Origin: a virus
Length of the DNA stretch: 64,000 nt
Strand: one strand, 5' to 3'
Virus record (IMG/VR): IMGVR_UViG_3300010885_061525
Location: 26,575 to 90,574 of that record
Below the pieces are notes generated by a model. It had not been told where the DNA came from. It saw nothing but the letters and a program-made list of their open reading frames with translations, and did no database searches. Of the stretch, positions 1 through 9,241 are shown one piece after another; within the stretch, counting starts at the first letter, position 1, and every line of letters starts with the position of its first letter. The position numbers were made by a program, and so were the translations under genes.

Positions 1-2
1 AA

Positions 3-638
3 AAACAGTTCAAAATACCTCTATTGATGGATGGTTTTAAATATGAGTATTATGATTTGGTTAAAGGCTCTATAGACAAAGGAAACTATGAGATACGAGG
101 GACTATTGACTTAATTACAGAAGTCGATAAAGATACTATAGAAATAGTTGATTGGAAAACAGGGTCTAGAAAATGTTGGAACAGCGGTGAAGTTAAAGAA
201 TATGAGTATCTCCAATCAAAAGATATACAGTTGAGAATGTATGATTTGGCATGCTCAATGATTTTTCCACAGTACAAAAATATTATACTGACCATTCATT
301 TTATAAATGACGGAGGTCCATTTACTGTGAGCTTCGATAATAGTCAAAGAAAAGAAACCATAGATATAATTAAAAACTCGTTCAACGCCATCAAATGGAA
401 TCAGCTTCCTTCTAGAATCAAGGATACCAAAGCTTCTGATAGATGGAAGTGCAAGAGTGTTTGCCATTTTGGTAAGACCCTTACTAATGCCGGCTGTAGT
501 ATCTGTGATACGATACATTCTTACGCTGTTGGAAACGGTATAGATAAAACCGTGTCGCAAATAAACGCTTTAAGAGCAGCTAAGGCTACAGAAAAAGCCA
601 AATTGACCAGCAATCGTAGAAATACATTTGAGGAATGA
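3..638 (+). CDS. PD-(D/E)XK (RecB/Cas4-like) nuclease, 5'-truncated by window edge
   Basis: RGTIDLI...IVDWKTG...QLRMY motifs plus C-terminal Cys cluster (WKCKSVCHF, CSIC); frame is open back to the window start. Confidence 0.8.
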   Translation, partial: KQFKIPLLMDGFKYEYYDLVKGSIDKGNYEIRGTIDLITEVDKDTIEIVDWKTGSRKCWNSGEVKEYEYLQSKDIQLRMYDLACSMIFPQYKNIILTIHFINDGGPFTVSFDNSQRKETIDIIKNSFNAIKWNQLPSRIKDTKASDRWKCKSVCHFGKTLTNAGCSICDTIHSYAVGNGIDKTVSQINALRAAKATEKAKLTSNRRNTFEE

Positions 639-639
639 A

Positions 640-2496
640 ATGAACTATATACCGCTGCATGTACATACCGGATGGTCTCTATTAGATAGCACTCTCGATG
701 TTGTCGAGTATGTAAATTTTATTAGTGAAAATGGCGGAAAAGCCTGCTCTATTACAGATCATAATAATATAAAGGCCCTAGTACCTTTTGCAAAAGCCTG
801 CAAAAATAAAGGAATAAAGCCGATAATTGGATGTGAACTAGACGTCTGGAATAATGACAGTTTTTTAGGTAGAATTACTCTAATAGCCAAAAACAAAACA
901 GGATATAAAAATCTTGTTTCTATTGTTTCCATAGCAAGAAGTAAGAACCGAGTAGAATCTGACGGATATCCAAAGTCATTTTTAAATGAACTTCATCAGT
1001 ATTCGGCTGGTCTTATTTGCCTTATTGGAGACTTGAGAAGTGAGATTTTCACTGAGTCATTCGTCAATCCCGAAATGGCATATAATTCAGACAGCGAAGA
1101 AGAGTGTAAGAAGCTACTACGGCATGATTTTAAATCGTCTATAGACTTAGTCATCAAAAAGTATCGTAAGATTTTCAATGATGTATTTATATACTTTGAC
1201 TATTCTAAACTCCCCTGTCTTAAGATACTAGGGTTGGCAATTAGGGATAATTTTCCGGAAGCTCTTCCGTCAAATAATATTCATTATCTTTCAAAATCAG
1301 ACTACATCATTCATAAGTTAATTGTCAATGATGAAGACAGGCTGTCAAATCCAATAGATGATAAACGAATTTTTAATGAGGAATATACCTTTTCTCACAT
1401 TTTAAAATCTCTTCCTGACGGGGAAAGGACTTTTAAACTGCTCGATTTAATTGAGAATTTTTCAATTGAAGAGAGGCCCATGATTCCAGATTTCAAGATT
1501 AAAGATCATATAATTTCAGATCAAGATGAATATCTAAGGAATATCTGTAGAAAGGGATTCTCAGAAAAAATACTTCCAAGGATAGGGGAGTCTTCAGAGA
1601 TTAAAGCGGTATATCTAGAAAGAATTAAACACGAGCTTTTTGTATTTAAACAAGCGAAAATATCAGGATATTTTTTGATTGTTAAAGACATAGTGGACTT
1701 CATTAAGTCTTTTGGTTATCCTGCAGACAGCAGAGGATCTTCATCTGGATCGATTATCTCTTACTTAATTGGAGTGTCGTCTATTGATCCGATTCTTCCA
1801 GACCCTACTCTAACCTACTCTAAGGAAAGAGAGCTTTCGTTTGAAAGATTCTATAACGAAGGAAGAAACACAGCCAGTAATGTTTCATTGCCAGATATAG
1901 ATATGGATCTACCACCTTCTATAAGAACGGATGTTATTGATCACATTAGAAATAAGTATGGAAACGATTGCGTTGCCCATATTATAACCCATTCTAGATT
2001 TAAAGGAAAGGGCGCTATTAAAGAGGCCTTTAGAATACTTAAGCCTATTAGCAACTACTTTGACGTAGCTAACGAAATAACAAAATTATTTGCAGAAGAG
2101 TCTAAGATTTCTGATGAACTTAGCGAGATCCAAGAAGAAGATCCGTCATATGGAATTATCCGCTGGAACATTGATAATATTTCGGATGTAGCCAAACACT
2201 ATGAAAAGTACAAAGAGGCTTTTGACTTTGCTATTAGAATAGAAAAACTCCCTAAAAATGAAAGCGTTCATGCCGCAGGCATTATCATAAGCGATAAAAT
2301 GCTTTCTAACCATTTTCCGATGACTTATTCTCAAAAGCTAGACCAAATGATAATCGATGTAGAAGGGGCTGATATAGAAATGCTGGGAGGGGTAAAGTTT
2401 GACATTCTTGGGGTTTCAGCCCTAGAAAAAATATATCAAATAGAAAAAATGATAAATCGTAAATTAAATGAAGTTCAATTTGGAATCTTGACTTGA
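640..2496 (+). CDS. dnaE: DNA polymerase III alpha subunit, N-terminal part (PHP + palm/thumb)
   Basis: LHVHTGWSLLDS, ITDHNN, RGSSSGS, FERF, SLPDIDMD (catalytic), HAAG, KFDILG; ends just after the KFD motif. ATG at 640 preferred over the track's 628. Confidence 0.93.
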   Translation: MNYIPLHVHTGWSLLDSTLDVVEYVNFISENGGKACSITDHNNIKALVPFAKACKNKGIKPIIGCELDVWNNDSFLGRITLIAKNKTGYKNLVSIVSIARSKNRVESDGYPKSFLNELHQYSAGLICLIGDLRSEIFTESFVNPEMAYNSDSEEECKKLLRHDFKSSIDLVIKKYRKIFNDVFIYFDYSKLPCLKILGLAIRDNFPEALPSNNIHYLSKSDYIIHKLIVNDEDRLSNPIDDKRIFNEEYTFSHILKSLPDGERTFKLLDLIENFSIEERPMIPDFKIKDHIISDQDEYLRNICRKGFSEKILPRIGESSEIKAVYLERIKHELFVFKQAKISGYFLIVKDIVDFIKSFGYPADSRGSSSGSIISYLIGVSSIDPILPDPTLTYSKERELSFERFYNEGRNTASNVSLPDIDMDLPPSIRTDVIDHIRNKYGNDCVAHIITHSRFKGKGAIKEAFRILKPISNYFDVANEITKLFAEESKISDELSEIQEEDPSYGIIRWNIDNISDVAKHYEKYKEAFDFAIRIEKLPKNESVHAAGIIISDKMLSNHFPMTYSQKLDQMIIDVEGADIEMLGGVKFDILGVSALEKIYQIEKMINRKLNEVQFGILT

Positions 2497-2553
2497 GAGA
2501 ATAAGAGGACTTAATTGACTCTAGAATAATTGAAGCCATATAAGAATAGAAAT

Positions 2554-2559
2554 GTGTAT
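2554..2559 (+). promoter_or_regulatory. GTGTAT putative phage late promoter element
   Basis: 11 nt upstream of ATG 2571; same hexamer precedes about 16 gene starts in the window. Confidence 0.65.
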
Positions 2560-2570
2560 GTCTATACAAG

Positions 2571-3539
2571 ATGAAAGATAAAGACCTTTTTATTTTATTA
2601 AACGATATAGCCAATACTTCTAAGGCCTTTAAGCCGTTTGAAGGAAATCCGCCCCCAAATGTTGACCTGCCGGCAGATCATGGGATAGAAGATTTAATTC
2701 CTGCAGATGCAGATATAACCCCTGGATGGTTACTACGATATGGTATAACTTTTTCTGGTGGGCCTCTATTAATTGTGCTGTTAATAAAAGGAATGAGAGC
2801 CAAAAAATGGACTAGTAAGATGATACTAGATTGGCTTAAGAGGTACTTTTCTAATGATCCAACAAACCCAGGACAGTCTGATGAGTGTATGAGAAATCTT
2901 AAAGAATTAAACGATTACTTAAAAAAACAGTCAACTGTTAATATGGGGGGAAATATACAGTTAGTTCTTGACTTTCTTAAAGCCGCACAATTACTTATTT
3001 CCCTTGTAATGAGTCAGTGCAACTTCACGGATGATATGATAGAGCTGTTACTCCTTGGGTTTCTTTTAGAAAGACTCTTAGCCGCAGGTCTCACGGAAGC
3101 CCAAGCGAGAGCTTATATCAAATTATACGTAGAGTGGATTAGAAATGGTGCCAATGGACCTATGCCTACTCCGACAGGATCTTCTTCTGATCCTGAATGC
3201 GCCCCTGACGAAGAGAAAATAAAAGAGAAACTAAAAGATCGAGGGCTTATGGACGATATAGGAGAGGTGGCATGGAAAGCAGCCGTTCTTGCCGCAATAA
3301 TAGCGTTAATCGCGTTAGTAGCTGGTATTATTAGTGGATCTGGTGGAATTGGAACTCCTGCGACTATTCCTATAATTGCTCAAATTATCGCCTTGGCCGC
3401 TTTGATTGGGATTACTCTTTCAGAAGATGACGTTCGTGCTATTTCTAGAGATGCCTCTGCTAACTGTCAACAGACAGGAGTAGATACTGGTGGCCCTGTT
3501 GAAGCTTTGGTCAAAAGACTAAAAAATAGAAATAAATGA
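2571..3539 (+). CDS. Orphan protein with N-terminal leader and hydrophobic helical hairpin (membrane-inserting)
   Basis: 322 aa ORF; long hydrophobic stretches (VAWKAAVLAAIIALIALVAGII-SGSGGIG-TPATIPIIAQIIALAALIGI); own promoter motif and terminator. Confidence 0.7.
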   Translation: MKDKDLFILLNDIANTSKAFKPFEGNPPPNVDLPADHGIEDLIPADADITPGWLLRYGITFSGGPLLIVLLIKGMRAKKWTSKMILDWLKRYFSNDPTNPGQSDECMRNLKELNDYLKKQSTVNMGGNIQLVLDFLKAAQLLISLVMSQCNFTDDMIELLLLGFLLERLLAAGLTEAQARAYIKLYVEWIRNGANGPMPTPTGSSSDPECAPDEEKIKEKLKDRGLMDDIGEVAWKAAVLAAIIALIALVAGIISGSGGIGTPATIPIIAQIIALAALIGITLSEDDVRAISRDASANCQQTGVDTGGPVEALVKRLKNRNK

Positions 3540-3551
3540 ATGACGAGATTT

Positions 3552-3585
3552 AATAAAGCGCACCCATTCTCGGGTGCGCTTTATT
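3552..3585. terminator. Intrinsic terminator hairpin
   Basis: AATAAAGCGCACCC-attctc-GGGTGCGCTTTATT perfect 14-bp inverted repeat just after stop 3539. Confidence 0.85.
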
Positions 3586-3590
3586 TATAA

Positions 3591-3596
3591 GTGTAT
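3591..3596 (+). promoter_or_regulatory. GTGTAT putative late promoter element
   Basis: Directly after terminator, 11 nt before ATG 3608. Confidence 0.65.
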
Positions 3597-3607
3597 TTAT
3601 TCGTAAG

Positions 3608-4672
3608 ATGCCTAATCATCAAAACGATAAAATTTTATTTGTTGTAAAAGAAAGACAAGTGTACGGAGGGACCGCTAAAGCATATGGTCTACTTAACTCT
3701 TGTAAATTTGTCGCTGAGACGCTCTCAAGAAAAGGCATTCCTTCTGAAGTAGTGTCAGTTTTAGACAACAATTTCATCGATGCCGAGGTTGCTAGATTTA
3801 AGCCTAAGTTCTGCTTTATAGAAGCTGTATGGGTGGTCCCTTCTAAATTTGAAGTTTTGGCCGAATTGCATCCAAATGTAAATTGGATAGTTAGAATACA
3901 TTCAATGATCCCATTCTTAGCTGCTGAAAGTTTCGCTTTTGAATGGCTAAATGACTACATAGAGTTACGTAAAAAAGGTATAAAAATATCTTTAAGCTGT
4001 AATAACAAAAGACTTTATAATGACATTCAGCCGATTTTTAACTATGTCTCATATACTCCAAATATATATATCGAAGACACGGAACCATCAAATCTAACAT
4101 TTGATTTTAGTGCTAAAGACACTATTAACATAGGTTGTTTTGGAGCATTAAGACCGTTGAAAAATACGGTAAAACAAGCTATTTTAGCGATTAAATTTGC
4201 AAATGAAATAAATAAGCATCTTAAATTTCACATAAACATATCTGAATACGAGCAAGCCTTAGCTGGACCCACCTTAAAAAACTTGAGAGAAGTGTTTTCA
4301 AACATATCCGCAGAGCTTGTAGAGCACCCTTGGTACGATCACAATGATTTTCTTAAACTAGTTGGGGCTATGGATATAGGCATGCAGTTATCACTAAGTG
4401 AAACATTTAATATAACTGCGGCAGACTTTGTTAGTCAAGGAATTCCTATCGTAGTTTCCAAGGAAATTGAATTTATTGATGATCGTTGTAGAGTTGACGT
4501 TCATAGTGATAAAGAAGCAATTAAGGCTCTTCGCTACGCCTACTATAAATCATTCGACGATGGAAGAGTTTATCATCAAAGAAGAAATATAGCTGAAGAT
4601 AATAGAGAAAAACTGCAATACCATAACCATGAAGCAACTCATGCCTGGATCACTTTTATGCAAAATTCTTAA
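3608..4672 (+). CDS. GT-B fold glycosyltransferase-like protein
   Basis: IGCFGALRPLKN and MDIGMQLSLSETFNITAADFVSQGIPIVVS resemble the GT4 C-terminal signature (E-x7-E position here E...D). Confidence 0.7.
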   Translation: MPNHQNDKILFVVKERQVYGGTAKAYGLLNSCKFVAETLSRKGIPSEVVSVLDNNFIDAEVARFKPKFCFIEAVWVVPSKFEVLAELHPNVNWIVRIHSMIPFLAAESFAFEWLNDYIELRKKGIKISLSCNNKRLYNDIQPIFNYVSYTPNIYIEDTEPSNLTFDFSAKDTINIGCFGALRPLKNTVKQAILAIKFANEINKHLKFHINISEYEQALAGPTLKNLREVFSNISAELVEHPWYDHNDFLKLVGAMDIGMQLSLSETFNITAADFVSQGIPIVVSKEIEFIDDRCRVDVHSDKEAIKALRYAYYKSFDDGRVYHQRRNIAEDNREKLQYHNHEATHAWITFMQNS

Positions 4673-5026
4673 TTATTTCAGTTTTTGAAGTAAATCTATA
4701 TCAAACTGTTTATTTCTAAATTTTCCATTAACAATGGCGTAAATAAAGCTCTCTACTCGATGATATCCCCACTCATCAGGAGCGTCTTCAGATGCAGCTC
4801 TTGAGGATGAATTAGTTTTATGAGCGGCTACTCCTCTTCTAAAAACTTTCATTAATATTTTATATGTTATTTTTTTTGAAGACTCAAGTCCAAAAGTTGA
4901 ATTATGCGCTTCGGCAATAGCCTTCAAGTTCTCAATTGCGTCAGCTGATATTTTTTCTGCCGATGCGAAAAAGACTATATCTAAAAAACTCAAGTTTAAT
5001 TCAGCTTCCGGTATCAACTTTTTCAT
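4673..5026 (-). CDS. Conserved phage hypothetical protein (VFRRG...W...RVxxF module)
   Basis: KVFRRGVAAH...EWGYHRVESF...DIDLL resembles a small module I recall in large-phage head-associated proteins. Confidence 0.6.
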   Translation of the reverse strand: MKKLIPEAELNLSFLDIVFFASAEKISADAIENLKAIAEAHNSTFGLESSKKITYKILMKVFRRGVAAHKTNSSSRAASEDAPDEWGYHRVESFIYAIVNGKFRNKQFDIDLLQKLK

Positions 5027-5270
5027 TTGAGCTATCCATTTTTTTTAAACTGTCACTATTATCTTTTTTAATAAACTCGCTATACGACCACATCATCCCA
5101 ATAAAAGCTATCGGAACATACCAAAATAACCAACCCCAGCCCGCTTCTTTTATGACCAAGTTAGATGAAGCATACACACCAGGCTGTTCAATTGGTTTTT
5201 TATATATGATCTCAGGAGTTCCTGAGCATCCAAATAACATTAACATTAAACATATTCTTATTTTTTTCAT
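5001..5270 (-). CDS. Small lipoprotein with C-terminal TM helix
   Basis: MKKIRICLMLMLFGC lipobox-like start; hydrophobic GWGWLFWYVPIAFIGMMW. Confidence 0.55.
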   Translation of the reverse strand: MKKIRICLMLMLFGCSGTPEIIYKKPIEQPGVYASSNLVIKEAGWGWLFWYVPIAFIGMMWSYSEFIKKDNSDSLKKMDSSNEKVDTGS

Positions 5271-5698
5271 GACTTATTGGCCGCAGCGGCGCTCCCAAAG
5301 TAAAAGCCCACAATGCTCAATAAAACCTGTCTATATTCAGCTGCGTATAGGTATCCGCTAACTTCAACAAAAAACGTCTTACTCACTGATGGTATAATAC
5401 CCATGTCAGGAGTTTGAGTTTGAACCTCTACGAACGTTGAAATTCCAAAAAATGGAAGTATAAAAGGGGCAGCTAGTGTAGAGAATAAGACTACTATTAC
5501 GATAAGCCTTCTAACGCCTTTTCCTATATCAATAGGAACTCTTTTAGCGGCACTGTCTAAAGCCTTCTCTTTTTGCTCATTTAAGGCGACGAGCCGTTCA
5601 AACATGACTTTATCGTTATCTCTTTTTTCGGCTAAGTATCTGAATATAAATCCAGTAATACTTCCGCCTAACATAGAGAGTAGTTCTAACGGTATCAT
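5267..5698 (-). CDS. Membrane protein, holin-like
   Basis: Three hydrophobic segments, ends SIVGFYFGS, typical of phage 3-TM holin-like proteins; ATGA overlaps with neighbours. Confidence 0.55.
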   Translation of the reverse strand: MIPLELLSMLGGSITGFIFRYLAEKRDNDKVMFERLVALNEQKEKALDSAAKRVPIDIGKGVRRLIVIVVLFSTLAAPFILPFFGISTFVEVQTQTPDMGIIPSVSKTFFVEVSGYLYAAEYRQVLLSIVGFYFGSAAAANKS

Positions 5699-6027
5699 GT
5701 TTGATTATTTATATATTCTATAAATTTCCTGTGAATTGTTGATGATGTGTAATCGGTTACACTCTTACCGCCCTCCCACATCTTACAAGACCAATATCTA
5801 GCCTTCCATTTTGGCCCAACGTTATCATCGCAACTATGTCTAGCTCTGAAATTCTTTCTTCTAGCGGGGTTGTCTCTTTTGATCTCCATATTAGGATCTC
5901 CAAAAGTAACGCGAACAACGTTTCCTCTATCGTTTTTAACGTATACAGCAAATTTCTTTTTGCCGTAACCCGGCTCGCCTTTACCGATTCTTCTTGGCTT
6001 ATTTAATGTTACATTCTTCTTATCCAT
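5695..6027 (-). CDS. Conserved basic phage protein (KKFxVYV...FGDPNM...RRKxFRARHxC...ARYWSC)
   Basis: Motif string recognised as widespread in large phages; start MDKKNV at 6027 preferred. Confidence 0.75.
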   Translation of the reverse strand: MDKKNVTLNKPRRIGKGEPGYGKKKFAVYVKNDRGNVVRVTFGDPNMEIKRDNPARRKNFRARHSCDDNVGPKWKARYWSCKMWEGGKSVTDYTSSTIHRKFIEYINNQT

Positions 6028-6058
6028 TTTATTTACCCTTTGCGCTCCGTTATACCAA

Positions 6059-6613
6059 CTATAAAGTACGCCGCACAACTTCCCAAGCTACTCGGGGAAA
6101 AGCTCCTAAAGGATCGAAAATATTCGCGGCAGGTGGATTTATTAAAGGAGGTTTGGGTGCTAGCGTAACACATTTACCGATACAATCCATCATTTTTTGG
6201 GTGCCGCTTTGGTATCCTAGATTAGAACAGTGAATCCAGCATTCCGCATAATTTGCAGATGCCCAAAAATTTGGACAATTGAGTGCCGCAGTTGCCACTG
6301 TATCTATCCCGCTAACATCCGAGCCTCTACTTAATCCCAAGTGGCGAAAACAGTAAGTTGTTATCCACTTGAGATGTGCATCCCACCCATCCCTACTAGT
6401 TACCAAATCAGTAGCCTGATCCAAAAGATCGTGAATACAGTTACAATATTTTCGAGTCCTTTCTTGTCGAGTTGTCCCTGAGGGAGTTATTTGGAAGTCC
6501 ATGTCATCATTTATTTCATAATTCGGGTGGGTGGGCGGTGTTTTTTGTTGGACCGAAGCTCGATCAGCTCCGCTAATTTTATTAAGTACTCTTTTTAAAT
6601 TATCATTATTCAT
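6059..6613 (-). CDS. Cys-rich orphan, leader-family paralog A1
   Basis: Starts MNNDNLKRVLNKISGADRASVQQKTPP, identical to neighbour; 8 conserved Cys. Confidence 0.8.
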   Translation of the reverse strand: MNNDNLKRVLNKISGADRASVQQKTPPTHPNYEINDDMDFQITPSGTTRQERTRKYCNCIHDLLDQATDLVTSRDGWDAHLKWITTYCFRHLGLSRGSDVSGIDTVATAALNCPNFWASANYAECWIHCSNLGYQSGTQKMMDCIGKCVTLAPKPPLINPPAANIFDPLGAFPRVAWEVVRRTL

Positions 6614-6644
6614 TTTATTTACCATTTGTACTCTGTTTCCCTAA

Positions 6645-7184
6645 CTATAAAAAACGCCGTTGAAGATGCCAAAGTATTCGGGGATAATCGCTTAAAGGAT
6701 CGAAACCATTCGTGGGGGGTACATAGTATGGAGGTAAGGGTCCTAGCTCAACACATTTACCGACACATTTTGTAAATTTTGAGCTTGATCTTATGTATCC
6801 TAGATTTTCACAGTGAATCTCGCATTCCACATAAGTTTCCATCGACCGAAACCATGAACAAACGTGTCTCGCAGCTGCCACTGTATCTATCCCGTTGTAT
6901 ACAACATCATATCCGGGACGAAATAGGTGGGGAATACAGGAAGTTGTTATCGACTTTAGCTGTGCATCCCACCCCTCTGTCGTAGCAGTAGCATTATTCA
7001 TAAGACCGTAAAGACAGTCACAAAATTTTTCAATTCTTTGTTTTTCAGTTGGAATCTCTGTGGGAGTTATTTGGAAGTCCATGTCATCATTTTGTTCATA
7101 TCCAGGTGGTGTTTTTTGTTGGACCGAAGCTCGATCAGCTCCGCTAATTTTATTGAGAACTCTTTTTAAATTATCATTATTCAT
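6645..7184 (-). CDS. Cys-rich orphan, leader-family paralog A2
   Basis: Same first 27 aa as A1, same Cys spacing (CxC...C...C...CxxxC...CxxxC). Confidence 0.8.
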   Translation of the reverse strand: MNNDNLKRVLNKISGADRASVQQKTPPGYEQNDDMDFQITPTEIPTEKQRIEKFCDCLYGLMNNATATTEGWDAQLKSITTSCIPHLFRPGYDVVYNGIDTVAAARHVCSWFRSMETYVECEIHCENLGYIRSSSKFTKCVGKCVELGPLPPYYVPPTNGFDPLSDYPRILWHLQRRFL

Positions 7185-7221
7185 TTAGCGTTCCTTTACG
7201 CCATCTCTGATAGTACCATTA

Positions 7222-7602
7222 TCAAGCATGGTAGGGCAATGGGTGTTCAAGACATCCTCTAACACATGTGTTGAGGTCCGGATTGGTTGTGAATCCTCTG
7301 TTAATACATCTAAGCCTGCACTGTGCCAAACGAAGCGTATAATCAAGATTTGGGCATTTTAATTTAGCAAAAGCTAAGGAGTCTACAGTTTCTGGCGCGG
7401 AATAGTTATTGGTTTTTAAACATTCACTTGTTATCTGCCTGACAACTTTTTCGTCTCTCAGAGTTTCCAAATCTTGACTTAGGAAATTTTTACGTATCTT
7501 ACTTATACCCACGTACACACAGTCGCAATAGTTTGAAATTTGAAAAGTTGACTGATCGATGCCGCTAATTTTATTGAGTATTCTTTTTAAATTATTATTC
7601 AT
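7222..7602 (-). CDS. Cys-rich orphan, leader-family paralog A3
   Basis: MNNNLKRILNKISGIDQS leader and same Cys pattern (CDC, C, C, CRLRC, CVRGC). Confidence 0.75.
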   Translation of the reverse strand: MNNNLKRILNKISGIDQSTFQISNYCDCVYVGISKIRKNFLSQDLETLRDEKVVRQITSECLKTNNYSAPETVDSLAFAKLKCPNLDYTLRLAQCRLRCINRGFTTNPDLNTCVRGCLEHPLPYHA

Positions 7603-7861
7603 TTTTAGATCCAAGTGAAAGTTGATCTTCTGTCTTGCTTAGGACGTCTCCAGGACTAAACGTAGCCCCATTGTTTGCGACCTTATAATGTATTACGTAT
7701 CCAGAGTTATTACCTAACTCCTCAATCCTCACCACCTCTCCCATACTTCCGTAATGTATACATTTTTTATTAGTGTTAACCACTATATCCCCAATCCTAA
7801 AGCCCTTATAGCTAGAGATTGTGTATCTGAGGAGTTTATTTATCGCTTCTTTTAAGGACAT
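7595..7861 (-). CDS. Small SH3/KOW-like beta-barrel phage protein with leader
   Basis: MSLKEAINKLLRYTISS then FRIGDIVVNTN..C.HYGSMGEV...YKV...GDVLSKT; ATG 7861 sits just behind the GTGTATACAC palindrome. Confidence 0.6.
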   Translation of the reverse strand: MSLKEAINKLLRYTISSYKGFRIGDIVVNTNKKCIHYGSMGEVVRIEELGNNSGYVIHYKVANNGATFSPGDVLSKTEDQLSLGSKNE

Positions 7862-7876
7862 TTTACAAATCCACAA

Positions 7877-7886
7877 GTGTATACAC
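7877..7886. promoter_or_regulatory. Palindromic GTGTATACAC: back-to-back GTGTAT elements for divergent genes
   Basis: Lies in the 29-nt gap between ATG 7861 (-) and ATG 7891 (+). Confidence 0.65.
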
Positions 7887-7890
7887 ATAT

Positions 7891-8502
7891 ATGTTGAGTT
7901 CAAGGAGCGCCAAACGTTTTTTGAAGCACGTAAGACAGACATGCAAAAAACATGGAGTCAGTTTTAAAATCGGTAGAGGAAAACTCATACGAATGCGTCC
8001 GTATGGTTTTATGGTGGCAGGATATTTTGATGAAGATGAAAAAGTTCTAGTCTGCTCAAAAGGAACTTCCCAAGAAAGCTTTCTTTCCATCTTGGTCCAT
8101 GAATTTGCCCACCTTCTTCAGTGGATAGAAAATGAAAAAACTTACTGCTTGTGCAGCCATGTGAAATATGGTAATGTTCAAAACGCTATATGTATGTGGA
8201 TAAGTAATGAACTTACCATAAAGGATAGCTTAGTAAGATCTTACACTAAGAAAATGATAGCCTGCGAACTGAACGCGGAAAGAAGAGCTGTCAAGCTTAT
8301 AAAGCAGTTCAACCTTCCCATAAATCTAGATGAATACTCGTCCTCAGCCTCCGCTGGCTTATTTACTCATTTAATGACGGCTAAGACTAAGCAGTGGGAT
8401 TTTAAAATAGGAATAAAGCAAAAAATGGCGAGTGGTACATCCTTGAGAAGATCATTTAAAACTTTGCCAAAGAGTGTAGAAACAACATTCTCCGAAGCCT
8501 AA
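7891..8502 (+). CDS. HExxH zincin-like metallopeptidase domain protein
   Basis: ILVHEFAHLLQW plus downstream CELNAERRA (third ligand E). Confidence 0.65.
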   Translation: MLSSRSAKRFLKHVRQTCKKHGVSFKIGRGKLIRMRPYGFMVAGYFDEDEKVLVCSKGTSQESFLSILVHEFAHLLQWIENEKTYCLCSHVKYGNVQNAICMWISNELTIKDSLVRSYTKKMIACELNAERRAVKLIKQFNLPINLDEYSSSASAGLFTHLMTAKTKQWDFKIGIKQKMASGTSLRRSFKTLPKSVETTFSEA

Positions 8503-8510
8503 AATAACCC

Positions 8511-9167
8511 GTGCCAAACAATAGAAATTTCGTTGTATTCGATATAGAAACATCGGGTTTAGATCCAAATAAAGGTGCTGAAATTGTTCAAATAGCAGCG
8601 GTGGCGTTAAGATACTCAGATTATTCTGAAATCGAAGGAAGTGAATTCAATTTACTTCTAAAGCCTCAAAAACCCGAATTGGCCAGCAAAGAAGCTTTGA
8701 CTGTAATAGGCGATAGTCTTTGGAAAGACTCTTGTGAAAAAGGACTTCATCCAAAAGTTGGAATAAGAAAATTCAAAGAGTATTTAGAGTCATTCAATCC
8801 CACAAAGAAATTTTGGACGGCCCCTATTCTTGTAGGCTTTAACATTGTTAATTTTGACACACCTTTTATTAAGCACCAAATGGCCGCTTATAAAATAAGC
8901 TCTGGCGACGACGATTTTCCTTGGTCCAATATGCAGATAGATATGCTTCCATTGATGTTTTCCATCTTTGGAAGAGATGGACTTAAGAACAATAAAATGG
9001 ATACATATGCGGGACTGTTAGGGCTGGCAAGAGCCTCAGAAAATCATGACGCTAAAGAGGATATAGATATAACAAAACAGATGTTCCAAAGATATATGAA
9101 CTTTATGAATTTTAAGATCAGACCAAAGATAAAGACGAAAGAGAAAAATGAACAAGTTGCCGTTTAA
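8511..9167 (+). CDS. DEDDh 3'-5' exonuclease (DnaQ / Pol III epsilon-like)
   Basis: VFDIETSG, GFNIVNFD, HDAKED motifs. Confidence 0.88.
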   Translation: MPNNRNFVVFDIETSGLDPNKGAEIVQIAAVALRYSDYSEIEGSEFNLLLKPQKPELASKEALTVIGDSLWKDSCEKGLHPKVGIRKFKEYLESFNPTKKFWTAPILVGFNIVNFDTPFIKHQMAAYKISSGDDDFPWSNMQIDMLPLMFSIFGRDGLKNNKMDTYAGLLGLARASENHDAKEDIDITKQMFQRYMNFMNFKIRPKIKTKEKNEQVAV

Positions 9168-9241
9168 AACCAATCCCCAATGCTTGAATGATTTATTAGA
9201 CGAGTTTGGATTAACAATGAATTATGAAGCTGGAAAAATAA

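Noticed and set aside
3-638. Cas4 as part of a CRISPR-Cas locus
   Set aside because: No cas1/cas2 or repeat-spacer array seen in the window; stand-alone PD-(D/E)XK nucleases are common in phages
6059-7602. RiPP/bacteriocin precursors with double-glycine leaders
   Set aside because: Only two copies have GA at the expected site, the proteins are large for RiPP precursors, and no peptidase-ABC transporter or modifying enzyme is nearby; kept only as an alternative hypothesis
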